64,000 bases of DNA from Acidimicrobiales bacterium. GTDB taxonomy: Bacteria > Actinomycetota > Acidimicrobiia > Acidimicrobiales > CADCSY01. The stretch lies in NCBI GenBank assembly GCA_035512495.1, contig DATKDW010000083.1, positions 6,045 through 70,044 of the forward strand, given 5' to 3'. Below the pieces are notes generated by a model. That model did not search any database. It was given only the letters and a program-made list of their open reading frames with translations, and was not told where the DNA came from. Below are positions 53,108 to 62,497 of this stretch, piece after piece; the first letter of the stretch is position 1, and every line of letters starts with the position of its first letter. Both the position numbers and the translations under genes were made by a program.

Positions 53108-54028
53108 ATGAACAGAGTCCAACGAACCACGACCAGAGCCGGTGGCCTCCGGGCGCGGGTTGGCGTGGCCCTCACCGGCCTCGCCGCCATCGCCCTCTTG
53201 GCGGCACCCATGGCGAACGCTGACCCGATCGATTCCGGCTCGGCCGCCGGCTTCGGCGCCGAGATCATGCTCTCCGACACCGACGTGACCCGCGAGCCCG
53301 TCGCCGAGGTCACCGCGGTGGCCGGCGACGACGAGAGCACGGTCATCGACATCCCCGCCGACCCCCTTGCGGTCAGCGGCACGCTCACCGCGCGGGCCAA
53401 CGTGCACGTGGAGAGCGACATCGAGAGCGGCCTGACCGTGAACGACCACACCGTCGAGGGCCCCTACAACGCCCGCGGCCTCGGTGAGATCGAGAACGCC
53501 CAGGTCCTCATGGACGCCGCCGGCGAGGATGTTCCCCTCCTGTCGGCCGCCCTCATCCGGGCCGAGGCCGTCGCCGTCTGCACAGCCGACACCGTGCAGT
53601 ACTCCGCCAACTCCGAGCTCGTCGACCTCCAGATCGGTGGCGAGGCGGTCCCCCTCGACAGCCCGCTGTCCGACATCATCGACGGGATCAGTACGGTCCT
53701 CGCCGAGTCCGGCCTCGACGTCCTGGTCAACGTCGAGCGCAACGTCATCGCCGAGACCGAGGGCGGTGGCATCGAGGTCGACGCCCTGGTGGTCACCGTG
53801 CTGTCAGCCGTAGGCGACGTCCCGCTCGGTCAGGTGACCCTGGCCCACGGTGAGGTCGGCCCCATCACCTGCGCCGCCGCCCCGGCCGCGGAGCTGCCCC
53901 AGCAGTTCGAGCCGGAAGAGACCCGGGCGCTGCCGGCCACCGGTGGCAGCGCCGCCAGCCTCCTCGGCGCCGGCCTGTTGGCCGCCGCCCTCGGCGGTCT
54001 GGCACTGCGACGCAGGTTCGCCGCCTGA
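53108..54028 (+). CDS. secreted LPXTG-type cell-wall-anchored protein, unknown function
   Basis: The signal peptide is ...ALTGLAAIALLAAPMANA/DP. The C-terminus has LPATGGS, a hydrophobic stretch and RRRFAA. Confidence 0.8.
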   Translation: MNRVQRTTTRAGGLRARVGVALTGLAAIALLAAPMANADPIDSGSAAGFGAEIMLSDTDVTREPVAEVTAVAGDDESTVIDIPADPLAVSGTLTARANVHVESDIESGLTVNDHTVEGPYNARGLGEIENAQVLMDAAGEDVPLLSAALIRAEAVAVCTADTVQYSANSELVDLQIGGEAVPLDSPLSDIIDGISTVLAESGLDVLVNVERNVIAETEGGGIEVDALVVTVLSAVGDVPLGQVTLAHGEVGPITCAAAPAAELPQQFEPEETRALPATGGSAASLLGAGLLAAALGGLALRRRFAA

Positions 54029-54049
54029 TCGCAGCGTCGCCTGCACCAC

Positions 54050-54081
54050 CACCACCCCGCCGCCACCGCGACGGGGTGGTG
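54050..54081 (+). terminator. 10-bp perfect hairpin 22 nt after the LPXTG gene stop
   Basis: CACCACCCCG-(12 nt)-CGGGGTGGTG. No U-tract follows, which is common in high-GC actinobacteria. Confidence 0.5.
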
Positions 54082-54166
54082 TCGCGTCCGGCTCCACTCG
54101 CGCGGCCGCGGCCCTGGCGTCGGGCGTCGGGTGTCGAGCGACACCAACCGCGAACCGGGTGCAAAA

Positions 54167-54209
54167 CGAGGAGAGACTGGCCCGGGGGGGGATGGGCCAG
54201 TCTCTCTCG
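54167..54209. other. long hairpin (13 perfect bp, extendable to about 17) with a G8-containing loop
   Basis: CGAG-G-AGAGACTGGCCC-ggggggggat-GGGCCAGTCTCT-CTCG lies in the 300-bp spacer before the LysR gene. Confidence 0.45.
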
Positions 54210-54326
54210 TGTGCGAAGCGGTCGGCGAGTGGACCGGGGGGGAGGTCAGCTCACCGCCGCTGAGGACCAGTGTGGCGGGGCCGACGGCATCTGTCCAACA
54301 CATGTTGTCGATGTGTGCCATCATCG

Positions 54327-55250
54327 ATGGTGATGGACCTCCGACAGCTGGCCGCCCTCACCGCGGTCGCCGACACTGGCACCTTCTCCGCCGCGGCCGA
54401 CGTGCTCCACACGGTCCAGTCCAACGTCTCCACCCACGTGGCCCGCCTGGAGCGCGAGCTCGGGGCCACCCTGGTCGACCGGTCCGCCGGACGCCTCACC
54501 GAAGAGGGTGAGGTGGTCGTGGCCCGGGCCCGACGCATCGCCGCCGAGCTCGACGCCCTGGCGGCCGACGTGGCCTCGCTGCGCGACGAGGTTGCCGGTC
54601 ACGTGCGCCTCGGCGTCATCGGCACGACCGGCCGCTGGCTGATGCCACCGCTGCTCACCGCCATGGGCGTCACCCACCCCAAGGTCGAGGTGGCGGTCCT
54701 CGAGGGCAACACCACCTCGCTCCTCCCCCAGCTCGCCAGCGGTGCGGTCGACCTGGCGGTGGTCAACCTGCCCGTCGACGACCCCGACATCGCCGTCGAA
54801 CCGATCTTCGAGGAGGACCTCATCGTGGTGGCGCCCACCTCACACCCCCTCGCCGCACTCGACGTCGCCGACATCGCCGACCTCGCCAGCCACGAGCTGC
54901 TCCTCACCCCGCCCGGCAACTCGATCCGCACCGAGCTCGACAAGGCGGCGGCGGCCGCCGGCGTCGAGCTGAAGGCCAAGGCCGAGCTCGACGGACTTCG
55001 TCTCATCGCCTCGCTCACCTTCGAGGGCTTCGGGGCGGCGGTGCTGCCGGCCAGCGCCGTGCCCCGGTGGCTCACCGGTGAGTGGCGGCGCATCCCGATC
55101 ACCGGTCTCGGCCGTCGCCAGGTCGGCGTAGCCCGCCGGCGGCGCGGCCTCCTGTCGGCGCCCGCCCGCGCCCTGCAGGAGGTCCTGGCGGAGGTGGTCA
55201 CTGAGCAGTCGAAGATCCAACCCGGCCTCGACCCCCTCACCGACCGATGA
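54327..55250 (+). CDS. LysR-family transcriptional regulator
   Basis: MDLRQLAALTAVADTGTFSAAADVLHTVQSNVSTHVARLEREL is followed by a substrate-binding domain. Confidence 0.9.
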   Translation: MVMDLRQLAALTAVADTGTFSAAADVLHTVQSNVSTHVARLERELGATLVDRSAGRLTEEGEVVVARARRIAAELDALAADVASLRDEVAGHVRLGVIGTTGRWLMPPLLTAMGVTHPKVEVAVLEGNTTSLLPQLASGAVDLAVVNLPVDDPDIAVEPIFEEDLIVVAPTSHPLAALDVADIADLASHELLLTPPGNSIRTELDKAAAAAGVELKAKAELDGLRLIASLTFEGFGAAVLPASAVPRWLTGEWRRIPITGLGRRQVGVARRRRGLLSAPARALQEVLAEVVTEQSKIQPGLDPLTDR

Positions 55251-56599
55251 CCTCCCGACCCACCACGACCCTTCGGGGGCACGTGCCGGGAACGGCGACC
55301 GCCGAGGTCACCGAGCTCGACGGACGCCGCGTCGTCCTCGCCCGCGTCGACCCGACCACCCGGCGGGGCGCGCTCGACCTCACCAGCGGGGAGACCCTGG
55401 CCGCCGCCGCCCGTGCCGCCCTCGATGCCCGCCTGCCCCTCGTGGGTGTGATCTCCTCGAGCGGCGCCGACGTGCACGACGGCGTCGCCGCGCTCCACGG
55501 CTGGGGCGGCGCCGCCCGCGCCATCGCCGCCTGTGGCGGCACGGTGCCGGTCCTGCTGGCGGTGACGGGGCCTACGGTGAGCGGGCCCGCTCTCCTCCTC
55601 GGGATGGCCGACGTCGTGGTGGCCACCGAAGCCGCCTCCGCCTACGTCGTCGGCCCCGGCGCCGTGGCCTCCTTCACCGGCGAGCGCCTCACGGCGCGCG
55701 AGCTCGGCGGTGCCGACGCCCTCGCCCGCCACAGCGGGGTGGCCGCCGCCGTGGTCGCCGACGAGGAGGCGGCCCTGTCGTGGCTGTCGGCCGTCCTCAC
55801 CCACCTCCCCGACAGCTGCGACGACGAGCCGCCGTCCTGGGCCACCGACGACCCCCCCGACCGGCCGACCCCCGAGGCCGGGGCCCTGATGCCCGCCACC
55901 GCCACCGGGAGCTACGACGTCCGCCACATCGTCGCCGCCGTGGCCGACGAGGGCGAGCTGCTCGAGCTCTGGTCGGCCTGGGCGCCCAACCTCGTCACGT
56001 GCCTCACGACGATCGGCGGCTACACCGTCGGGGTGGTGGCCAACCAACCCATGTCGCTGGCCGGCACCCTCGACATCCCCGCCAGCCAGAAGGGCGCCCG
56101 CTTCGTGTCGATGTGCGACGCCTTCAACGTGCCGCTGCTCACCCTGGTCGACACGCCCGGGTTCTTCCCCGGCAAGGACCTCGAGTGGCGGGGCATGATC
56201 CGCCACGGTGCCCAGCTGGTGGGTGCCTACGCCCGGGCGACGGTGCCGCGGATCTGCATCGTCCTTCGCAAGGCGTACGGCGGCGCCTACATCGTCATGG
56301 ACTCGAAGAAGATGGGCAACGACCTGTGCCTGGCCTGGCCGTCGGCCGAGCTGGCCGTGATGGGCGCCAAGGGCGCGGTCGAGATCCTCCACCGCCGGGC
56401 CACCCCCGAGGTGCGGGCCGCGGCGGAGGCCGACTACGCGGCCACGCTCCTCACCCCGTGGGTGGCCGCCGAGCGGGGCTATGTCGACGCCGTGATCGAC
56501 CCCGCCGAGACCAGGGAGGCGGTGACCTCGGCACTGGACGTGCTGCGGTCGAAGCGCGAGCACCTCGGCCGCCGGAACCACGACAACCTTCCGCTCTGA
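55247..56599 (+). CDS. acyl-CoA carboxylase carboxyltransferase (beta) subunit, short AccD6-like form
   Basis: ATGA overlap with the LysR stop. VANQPMSLAGTLDIPASQKGARFV, LVDTPGFFPG and RKAYGGAYIVM are present. Confidence 0.8.
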   Translation: MTSRPTTTLRGHVPGTATAEVTELDGRRVVLARVDPTTRRGALDLTSGETLAAAARAALDARLPLVGVISSSGADVHDGVAALHGWGGAARAIAACGGTVPVLLAVTGPTVSGPALLLGMADVVVATEAASAYVVGPGAVASFTGERLTARELGGADALARHSGVAAAVVADEEAALSWLSAVLTHLPDSCDDEPPSWATDDPPDRPTPEAGALMPATATGSYDVRHIVAAVADEGELLELWSAWAPNLVTCLTTIGGYTVGVVANQPMSLAGTLDIPASQKGARFVSMCDAFNVPLLTLVDTPGFFPGKDLEWRGMIRHGAQLVGAYARATVPRICIVLRKAYGGAYIVMDSKKMGNDLCLAWPSAELAVMGAKGAVEILHRRATPEVRAAAEADYAATLLTPWVAAERGYVDAVIDPAETREAVTSALDVLRSKREHLGRRNHDNLPL

Positions 56600-56855
56600 T
56601 CCAGCGCGAGACCCGGGGCCGCTCTCAGCGGGCCTCGTCGGGCTCGTGGGGGTACTCGTCGTGGGGCTCGAGCACGGTGATGACGCTACGGTCGTCCATG
56701 ACCGAGACCCTAGGGCGAGCTCCCACGTAGCCGAAGAGCTGACTCGCTCCTTCCACATCGATGGCCGAAGCGACGGCTCCGTGAACCCACGGTTGGCCCG
56801 CCGACTAGAAAGGGGAGGGCACACAGAGCGCACGCGACGAGAGTGACGGGAGCCA

Positions 56856-58124
56856 GTGAGCGAGACGATCACCATCACCGATGACCGGACGGGCAAGTCG
56901 GTCACCGTCCCCATCGAGCAGGGCACCTTCCCGGCCTCGGCCATCCGCGAGCTCGATCCGAACCTCTACGTCTACGACCCGGCCTTCATGTCCACGGCCA
57001 GCTGCGCCAGCGAGATCACCCTCGTCGACGGCGAGGCCGGCATCCTGCGCTACCGGGGCTACCCGATCGAGCAGCTCGCCGAACGGTCGACCTTCCTCGA
57101 GGTCGCCTACCTGCTGATCCACGGCGAGCTGCCCACCAAGGACCAGGGCGAGGCGTGGCGCCACGAGGTCACGGTGCACACCTACGTGCACGAGAACGTG
57201 AAGCACTTCATGCGCCAGTTCCACCACGACGCCCATCCCATGGGGATGCTGGTCTCGACCACCGCGGCGCTCTCGACCTTCTACCCCACGGCCAAGGACA
57301 TCGGCGACGAGGACACCCGCCAAAAGCAGGTCGTCCGCCTCATCGCCAAGATGCCGACGCTGGCCGCGTTTGCCTACCGCTTCAGCGTGGGCCAACCCTT
57401 CGTCTACCCCGACAACAGCCTCGACTACGCGTCCAACTTCCTGTCGATGATGTGGAAGATCGCCGAGCCCCGCTTCGACGCCAACCCGGCGCTGGCCCGA
57501 GCACTCGACGTGCTGTTCATCCTCCACGCCGACCACGAGCAGAACTGCTCCACCACCGCGATGCGCACCGTGAGCTCCAGCCAAGCCGACCCCTACTCGG
57601 CCACGGCCGCCGCCTGCGCCGCCCTCTACGGTCCCCTGCACGGCGGCGCCAACGAGGCCGTCATCCACATGCTCCAGCGCATCGGCAGCGTCGACCAGGT
57701 CCCCGCGTTCATCGAGTCGGTGAAGCAGGGCGAGGGCCGGCTCATGGGCTTCGGCCACCGGGTCTACAAGAGCTACGACCCCCGGGCCACGATCGTGAAG
57801 CGCACCGCCGACGAGGTGTTCCAGATCACCGGCTCGAACCCCCTGCTCGACATCGCGCTCAAGCTCGAGGAGGCCGCTCTCTCCGACGACTACTTCACCG
57901 AGCGCAAGCTCTACCCCAACATCGACTTCTACTCGGGGCTGATCTACCAGGCCATGGGCTTCCCCCTGGAGATGTTCACCGTCCTCTTCGCCATCCCCCG
58001 CACGGCGGGGTGGCTGGCGCACTGGCTCGAGCTGCTCGACGACGAGGAGCAGCGCATCGCCCGCCCCCGCCAGCGCTACATCGGCGAGGGGGCCCGCGAC
58101 TACGTGCCCCTCGGCGACCGCTAG
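56856..58124 (+). CDS. gltA: citrate synthase (type II)
   Basis: GILRYRGYPIEQLA, LHADHEQNCSTT, GPLHGGANE and GFGHRVYK. The GTG start is preceded by GGGAG. Confidence 0.95.
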   Translation: MSETITITDDRTGKSVTVPIEQGTFPASAIRELDPNLYVYDPAFMSTASCASEITLVDGEAGILRYRGYPIEQLAERSTFLEVAYLLIHGELPTKDQGEAWRHEVTVHTYVHENVKHFMRQFHHDAHPMGMLVSTTAALSTFYPTAKDIGDEDTRQKQVVRLIAKMPTLAAFAYRFSVGQPFVYPDNSLDYASNFLSMMWKIAEPRFDANPALARALDVLFILHADHEQNCSTTAMRTVSSSQADPYSATAAACAALYGPLHGGANEAVIHMLQRIGSVDQVPAFIESVKQGEGRLMGFGHRVYKSYDPRATIVKRTADEVFQITGSNPLLDIALKLEEAALSDDYFTERKLYPNIDFYSGLIYQAMGFPLEMFTVLFAIPRTAGWLAHWLELLDDEEQRIARPRQRYIGEGARDYVPLGDR

Positions 58125-58137
58125 GACTCCGGCCCGC

Positions 58138-59121
58138 TCAGGCGGGCGCCACGTCGACGACGATCTTGCCCACGTTGGCGTTGGACTCCATGTGGCGGTG
58201 CGCGTCGGCGATGTCGGCGAGGGCGAAGCGGCGGTCGATGACCGGTCGGGCCAGCCCGGCGTCGAAGAGGGGCAGCACCTCGCGCCCGAAGCGCTGGGTG
58301 ACGGCGATCTTCTCCTCGAGGGGCCGCGCCCGCAGCACCGTGCCCCTCAGGGTGGCTCGCTTGGGGAGCAAGAGCCCGAGCGGGAAGGTCGCCATGGCGT
58401 CACCCATGACGCCCACCTGGACGATGGTGCCGCCCACCCGCAGCGCATCGAGGTTGCGGGCGAGGTAGTCGCCGCCGATCACGTCGAGGACCACGTCGAC
58501 CCCGGCACCCCCGGTGGCCGCCTTGGCCGCGGGCACGAAGTCGTCGCTGGTGTAGTCGACCGCCACGTCGGCCCCGAGGTCGAGGCAGGCCGCCACCTTG
58601 GCGCTCGAGGCGGTGACCACGACCCGGGCGCCGATGGCCTTGGCCACCTGGGTGGCGGCGGTGCCCACGCCCGACGCGCCGGCGTGGACGAGCGCCACTC
58701 GACCCGAGGTGAGGCCGCCCTGGAGCACCAGCGCATCCCAGGCGGTGATCCACACCTCGGGGATGGCCGCCGCGTCGGCCACGCCGACAGAAGCGGGCAC
58801 GGCCATGAGCTGGCGCTCGTGAACGGCGATGCGCTCGGCGTAGGCCCCGCCGCCGACGATGCCCATCACCTCGTCGCCGGCCGACCACGCCCGCACCCGT
58901 TCCCCCGCCGAGACGACCCGGCCGGCGAGCTCCATGCCCGGGATCTCGTGGGGCATCGGGGGGCCCGGGTACCGGCCCAGCCGCTGGAGGAGGTCGGCCC
59001 GGTTGAGGGCCGTGGCCACGACCTCGACCACCACCTCCTCGGGCCCCGCCACTGGGTCGGGCACCTCCCGGATGGTGAGCACCTCGGGACCGCCATGGGA
59101 CTCCAGCACGACTGCACGCAT
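58138..59121 (-). CDS. qor: NAD(P)H:quinone oxidoreductase (zeta-crystallin-like MDR)
   Basis: MRAVVLESHGGPEVLTIREVPDP, ATALNRADLLQRLGRYP and VHAGASGVGTAA. ATG 59121 gives 984 nt in frame. The longer ORF 58138..60147 is an antisense artefact over the acyl-CoA dehydrogenase gene. Confidence 0.85.
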   Translation of the reverse strand: MRAVVLESHGGPEVLTIREVPDPVAGPEEVVVEVVATALNRADLLQRLGRYPGPPMPHEIPGMELAGRVVSAGERVRAWSAGDEVMGIVGGGAYAERIAVHERQLMAVPASVGVADAAAIPEVWITAWDALVLQGGLTSGRVALVHAGASGVGTAATQVAKAIGARVVVTASSAKVAACLDLGADVAVDYTSDDFVPAAKAATGGAGVDVVLDVIGGDYLARNLDALRVGGTIVQVGVMGDAMATFPLGLLLPKRATLRGTVLRARPLEEKIAVTQRFGREVLPLFDAGLARPVIDRRFALADIADAHRHMESNANVGKIVVDVAPA

Positions 59122-59181
59122 GCCCGAGAACCTACGCGCCGGGCGCCCGCCGCCCCACCGGGGCCGCCGTAGGCTGGGCCC

Positions 59182-60282
59182 ATGGACTTCGCCCTGCCGG
59201 ACGAGCTGGAGAAGCTGCGCCTCGAGGCCGAGGAGGTGGCGGTGGCCGCCGCCGCCGACCTCGAGATCAAGGAGGACAGCTGGATCAACAGCCACGACCG
59301 CGCCTTCTCCGAGGAGCTCGGCGACCGCGGGTGGCTGGGCATGACGTGGCCAAAGGAGTACGGCGGCGGCGAGCGCACCGCCCTGGAGCGGTTCCTCGTG
59401 TTCGAGGCCATGATCGCCAACGGGGCGCCGATCGCCGCCACCTGGTTCTGCGACCGCCAGATGGGCCCGTCGCTGCTGGCCTTCGGCACCGAGGACCAGA
59501 AGCGCCGCTTCCTGCCCGACATGATCGCCGGCAAGGCCGCCTGGTGCATCGGGATGAGCGAGCCCGACTCCGGCTCCGACCTGGCGTCGCTGCGCACCAG
59601 GGCCGAGCGCGACGGCGACGACTTCGTGATCAACGGCCAGAAGGTCTGGACCTCCTTCGCCGCCCTGGCCGACTACTGCTACCTGATCTGTCGCACCAAC
59701 CCCGAGGGAAAGGCCCACCAGGGGCTCTCCGAGCTGATCGTGCCCATGGACACGCCGGGCATCGAGGTGCGGCCCATCACTGACATGACCACCAACTCGC
59801 ACTTCTGCGAGGTGATGTTCGACGACGTGCGGGTGCCGGCGTCCAACCTCGTGGGCGAGCTCAACGGCAGCTGGAAGCAGACGATGAGCCAGCTCGAGCA
59901 CGAGCGGGGCGGCATCGACCGCCTGCTCAGCAACCGGGCGCTCTACCGCGACTCGCTCCCCCGCGCCGACATGGCCGACCCGCGCATCCGCCAGGAGGTC
60001 GCCGCCCTTGAGTCGTTCTACCGGATCGGCCGCCACCTCATCCTGCGCGAGGTGCTGGGCCAGGCCCCCAAGGGCTGGTCGGCGCTGACCAAGACCGCCG
60101 CCACCACCTTCGAGCAGCGGGTGGCCGAGTTCTGCGCCCGGGTCCACGGCCCCGAGACCATGCTCTGGAACCGGGTGTCGCGAGCGGTCTGCTACGCCCC
60201 CGCCTACACGATCATGGGCGGCACCAACAACGTGCTGCGCAACATCATCGGCGACCGCATGCTCGGCCTCCCGAGGGGCTGA
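59182..60282 (+). CDS. acyl-CoA dehydrogenase family protein
   Basis: WCIGMSEPDSGSDLASLRTRAERDGDDFVINGQKVWTS is present, and the C-terminus has IMGGTNNVLRNIIG. Confidence 0.85.
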   Translation: MDFALPDELEKLRLEAEEVAVAAAADLEIKEDSWINSHDRAFSEELGDRGWLGMTWPKEYGGGERTALERFLVFEAMIANGAPIAATWFCDRQMGPSLLAFGTEDQKRRFLPDMIAGKAAWCIGMSEPDSGSDLASLRTRAERDGDDFVINGQKVWTSFAALADYCYLICRTNPEGKAHQGLSELIVPMDTPGIEVRPITDMTTNSHFCEVMFDDVRVPASNLVGELNGSWKQTMSQLEHERGGIDRLLSNRALYRDSLPRADMADPRIRQEVAALESFYRIGRHLILREVLGQAPKGWSALTKTAATTFEQRVAEFCARVHGPETMLWNRVSRAVCYAPAYTIMGGTNNVLRNIIGDRMLGLPRG

Positions 60283-60355
60283 GCACTAGGTTGCACCGCA
60301 TCGAGGAACCCTCCGGCGCCACGCCGGCGACCGCCCACCGAGGAGAACCGCCCAC

Positions 60356-60439
60356 ATGAGCCACTGGGGCTTCGACACCCGCCAGGTCCACACCGGCGCC
60401 GAGGCGATGCTGGGCCTCACCGCGGCGAGGGGTGCCTGA
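60356..60439 (+). pseudogene. 27-codon relic matching the N-terminus of O-acetylhomoserine sulfhydrylase (MetY-like PLP enzyme)
   Basis: MSHWGFDTRQVHTGAEA... resembles the conserved HW(S/G)F(E/D)T(K/R)Q(I/V)H(A/T)G start of MetY/MetC-type enzymes. It is preceded by GAGGAG. Its TGA overlaps the ATG of the usp gene. Confidence 0.45.
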
Positions 60440-60885
60440 TGGCCCGGATCCTGCTCGCCACCGACGGCTCCGATCTCGCCACCCACGCCGCCAAGACGGC
60501 CACCGAGCTGTTCGGCCCCGCCCACGACTACACCGCCATCGTCGTCGTGCCCCCGCCGCCGGCCGCGGTGCCGGTCGGCGAGGCCGGGGTGGCCCCCATG
60601 GTCGACCCCGCCGTCAGCGAGGAGCAGACCGCAGCGCTGGCCCACGAGGCCGAGGTCGTCCTCCAGCTGGTCGACGACGCCACCGCGGTGCCGCTGCGGC
60701 CCAAGGTGGTCCACGGCGACCCGGGGCGGACCATCTGCGAGGTGGCCCGCGACTTCGACGTCGTGGTGGTCGCCTCCCACGGCACCGGGTTCTTCAAGCG
60801 GCTGCTGATCGGCTCGGTCAGCAACCACGTGCTGCACCACGCCCCCTGCCCGGTCTTCGTGGTCCGGGAGAAGAACCAGGACTGA
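60439..60885 (+). CDS. universal stress protein (UspA family)
   Basis: ARILLATDGSDLATHA...DVVVVASHGTGFFKRLLIGSVSNHVLHHAPCPVFVV. Confidence 0.9.
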   Translation: MARILLATDGSDLATHAAKTATELFGPAHDYTAIVVVPPPPAAVPVGEAGVAPMVDPAVSEEQTAALAHEAEVVLQLVDDATAVPLRPKVVHGDPGRTICEVARDFDVVVVASHGTGFFKRLLIGSVSNHVLHHAPCPVFVVREKNQD

Positions 60886-60913
60886 CGACGCTCACCGAAG
60901 GATCTCCTCCGGT

Positions 60914-62419
60914 TCAGACCTCGTCGAGGTGTCCCTGGCGGAGCTCCTCTTCGCGCTGCTTCTGCTCCTGCATCGCCGTGAGCACGGCCTCGAAGATCTT
61001 GGCGGTGTCGGCCTCGAGGTGCTTGCGGGCCGAGAACAGCAGGGCGGCGCCGAGGAACACCGGAAAGCTGATGATCACGAAGGCGGTGCGCAGGTTGTCG
61101 TCGTAGGCGTTCGACAGGAACGACACGACCAGCGGGGCGGCCGCCTGGCCGAAGAGCACCGAGGCCAGGTTGAAGGCGCCGAACCCGGCGCCGCGGAGGT
61201 TGGCGGGCACCGCGTCGGACAGGCCGGCCCGAAGCGCCGGGATCGACATGGTGAGCGCGAAGATCCCCACCAGCTGGAGCAGGTAGGTGGGCAGCACCGC
61301 CAGGCGTGCGTACGACACCATGAAGAAGAGGTTCCCGATGAAGATGCACATGGCAGGGATGGCCATGCGCCCGCCCTGGATCCGGGTGACGTACTTGTCG
61401 GCGACCTTGCCGCCGTAGAGGACGCCGGGAATCCCGCCGAGGATGAGCAGGGAGCCGACGAGGAGCTGGGCCGTGCCACCCGCGACGCCCAGCTGGCGCT
61501 CGTAGAACGACGGGAGCCACACGCTGATGCCGGTGACGGTGAACAGCAGCACCCCGACGCCGACGAGGGCGTAGCGCATGGTGCGGATCCGCGAGATCGT
61601 CTTCATGTCGGCGACCAGCCCGCGGGCCATCTCCCGGAAGAACACCCGGAGGCCCTCGTCGAGCAAGTTCGGGCCGAGGCCGTCGTCGTCCTCGTCGCTC
61701 TCGCTGACCCCGGCGTGCATGCGGTCGGCGGCGCCGCGCCTGGGCTCGCGGAGGCGGTAGACCATGAAGGCCACGACGACGCTCGGGCTGCCGACGATCA
61801 GGAACGCCCAGCGCCAGCCGAGGGTGGCGCCGACGAGGCCACCGAGGCCGAGTCCGATGCCCATGCCGACCATGCCCATGACCTGCTGGATGGAGAACGC
61901 CTTGCCGCGCTCCTCGAGCGGGTAGTAGTCGGCGACCAGGCTGTTGGCCGACGGCTCGGTGATCGCCTGGCCGAAGCCGAGCGCCGAGCGCACCGCCACG
62001 AGGAAGCCGTAGTTCGGTGCCGCTGCGGTGATGGCGGTGATGCCCGACCACAGCAACATCGTGTGGCCCACCGTCCGGGTGCGGTTCCAGCGGTCGGCGA
62101 GGTAGCCGGCGGGGATGGTGATGAGGCCGTTCACCAGGATGAAGCAGCTGGCGAGCAGGCCGAGCTGGGGGTCGGAGAGCCCGAACTCGGCGCGCAGCTG
62201 CTCGAGCACGCCGCGCAGGATGCTCTGGTCGATCTGGTCGGTGAGGACCACGAAGCCGAGGACCCACATCGGCCACGAGTCGGAGCCCTTTCGGGTGGCC
62301 GAGGGCGGGATCACCGGAGAGGAGTCGGCCGATGCCGCCGCCGCCGACGCCGCCGGATCGGGCACCGCGCCCAGCGTCCTCGGATCGGGGACCGCGCTCG
62401 TCTCGACGTCATCGCTCAT
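60914..62419 (-). CDS. MFS transporter (Spinster-like)
   Basis: PAGYLADRWNRTR and multiple TM segments. ATG 62419 is preceded by AAGGGAAG, though the ORF is open to GTG 62491. It lies 78 bp downstream of selD on the same strand. Confidence 0.8.
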   Translation of the reverse strand: MSDDVETSAVPDPRTLGAVPDPAASAAAASADSSPVIPPSATRKGSDSWPMWVLGFVVLTDQIDQSILRGVLEQLRAEFGLSDPQLGLLASCFILVNGLITIPAGYLADRWNRTRTVGHTMLLWSGITAITAAAPNYGFLVAVRSALGFGQAITEPSANSLVADYYPLEERGKAFSIQQVMGMVGMGIGLGLGGLVGATLGWRWAFLIVGSPSVVVAFMVYRLREPRRGAADRMHAGVSESDEDDDGLGPNLLDEGLRVFFREMARGLVADMKTISRIRTMRYALVGVGVLLFTVTGISVWLPSFYERQLGVAGGTAQLLVGSLLILGGIPGVLYGGKVADKYVTRIQGGRMAIPAMCIFIGNLFFMVSYARLAVLPTYLLQLVGIFALTMSIPALRAGLSDAVPANLRGAGFGAFNLASVLFGQAAAPLVVSFLSNAYDDNLRTAFVIISFPVFLGAALLFSARKHLEADTAKIFEAVLTAMQEQKQREEELRQGHLDEV

Positions 62420-62497
62420 CCACTTCCCTTTCGGCGCCGTAACGCTTTTCTCCTGCTTCTCAGGGAGATGATCAGGCGTGGCATCGGTCACCTCGGC

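Noticed and set aside
56625-56699. A 24-aa acidic minus-strand ORF (MDDRSVITVLEPHDEYPHEPDEAR) in the spacer before citrate synthase.
   Set aside because: It is very short, has no convincing SD and matches no recognisable family. It is probably a chance ORF within the gltA promoter or leader region.
60283-60355. A SAM-IV or SAM-I type riboswitch upstream of the metY-like relic.
   Set aside because: Only a short resemblance (GGAACCCTCC compared with the conserved GCAACCCUCC segment) was found. The 73-nt spacer is too short for the full aptamer. A covariance-model scan would be needed to revive this idea.
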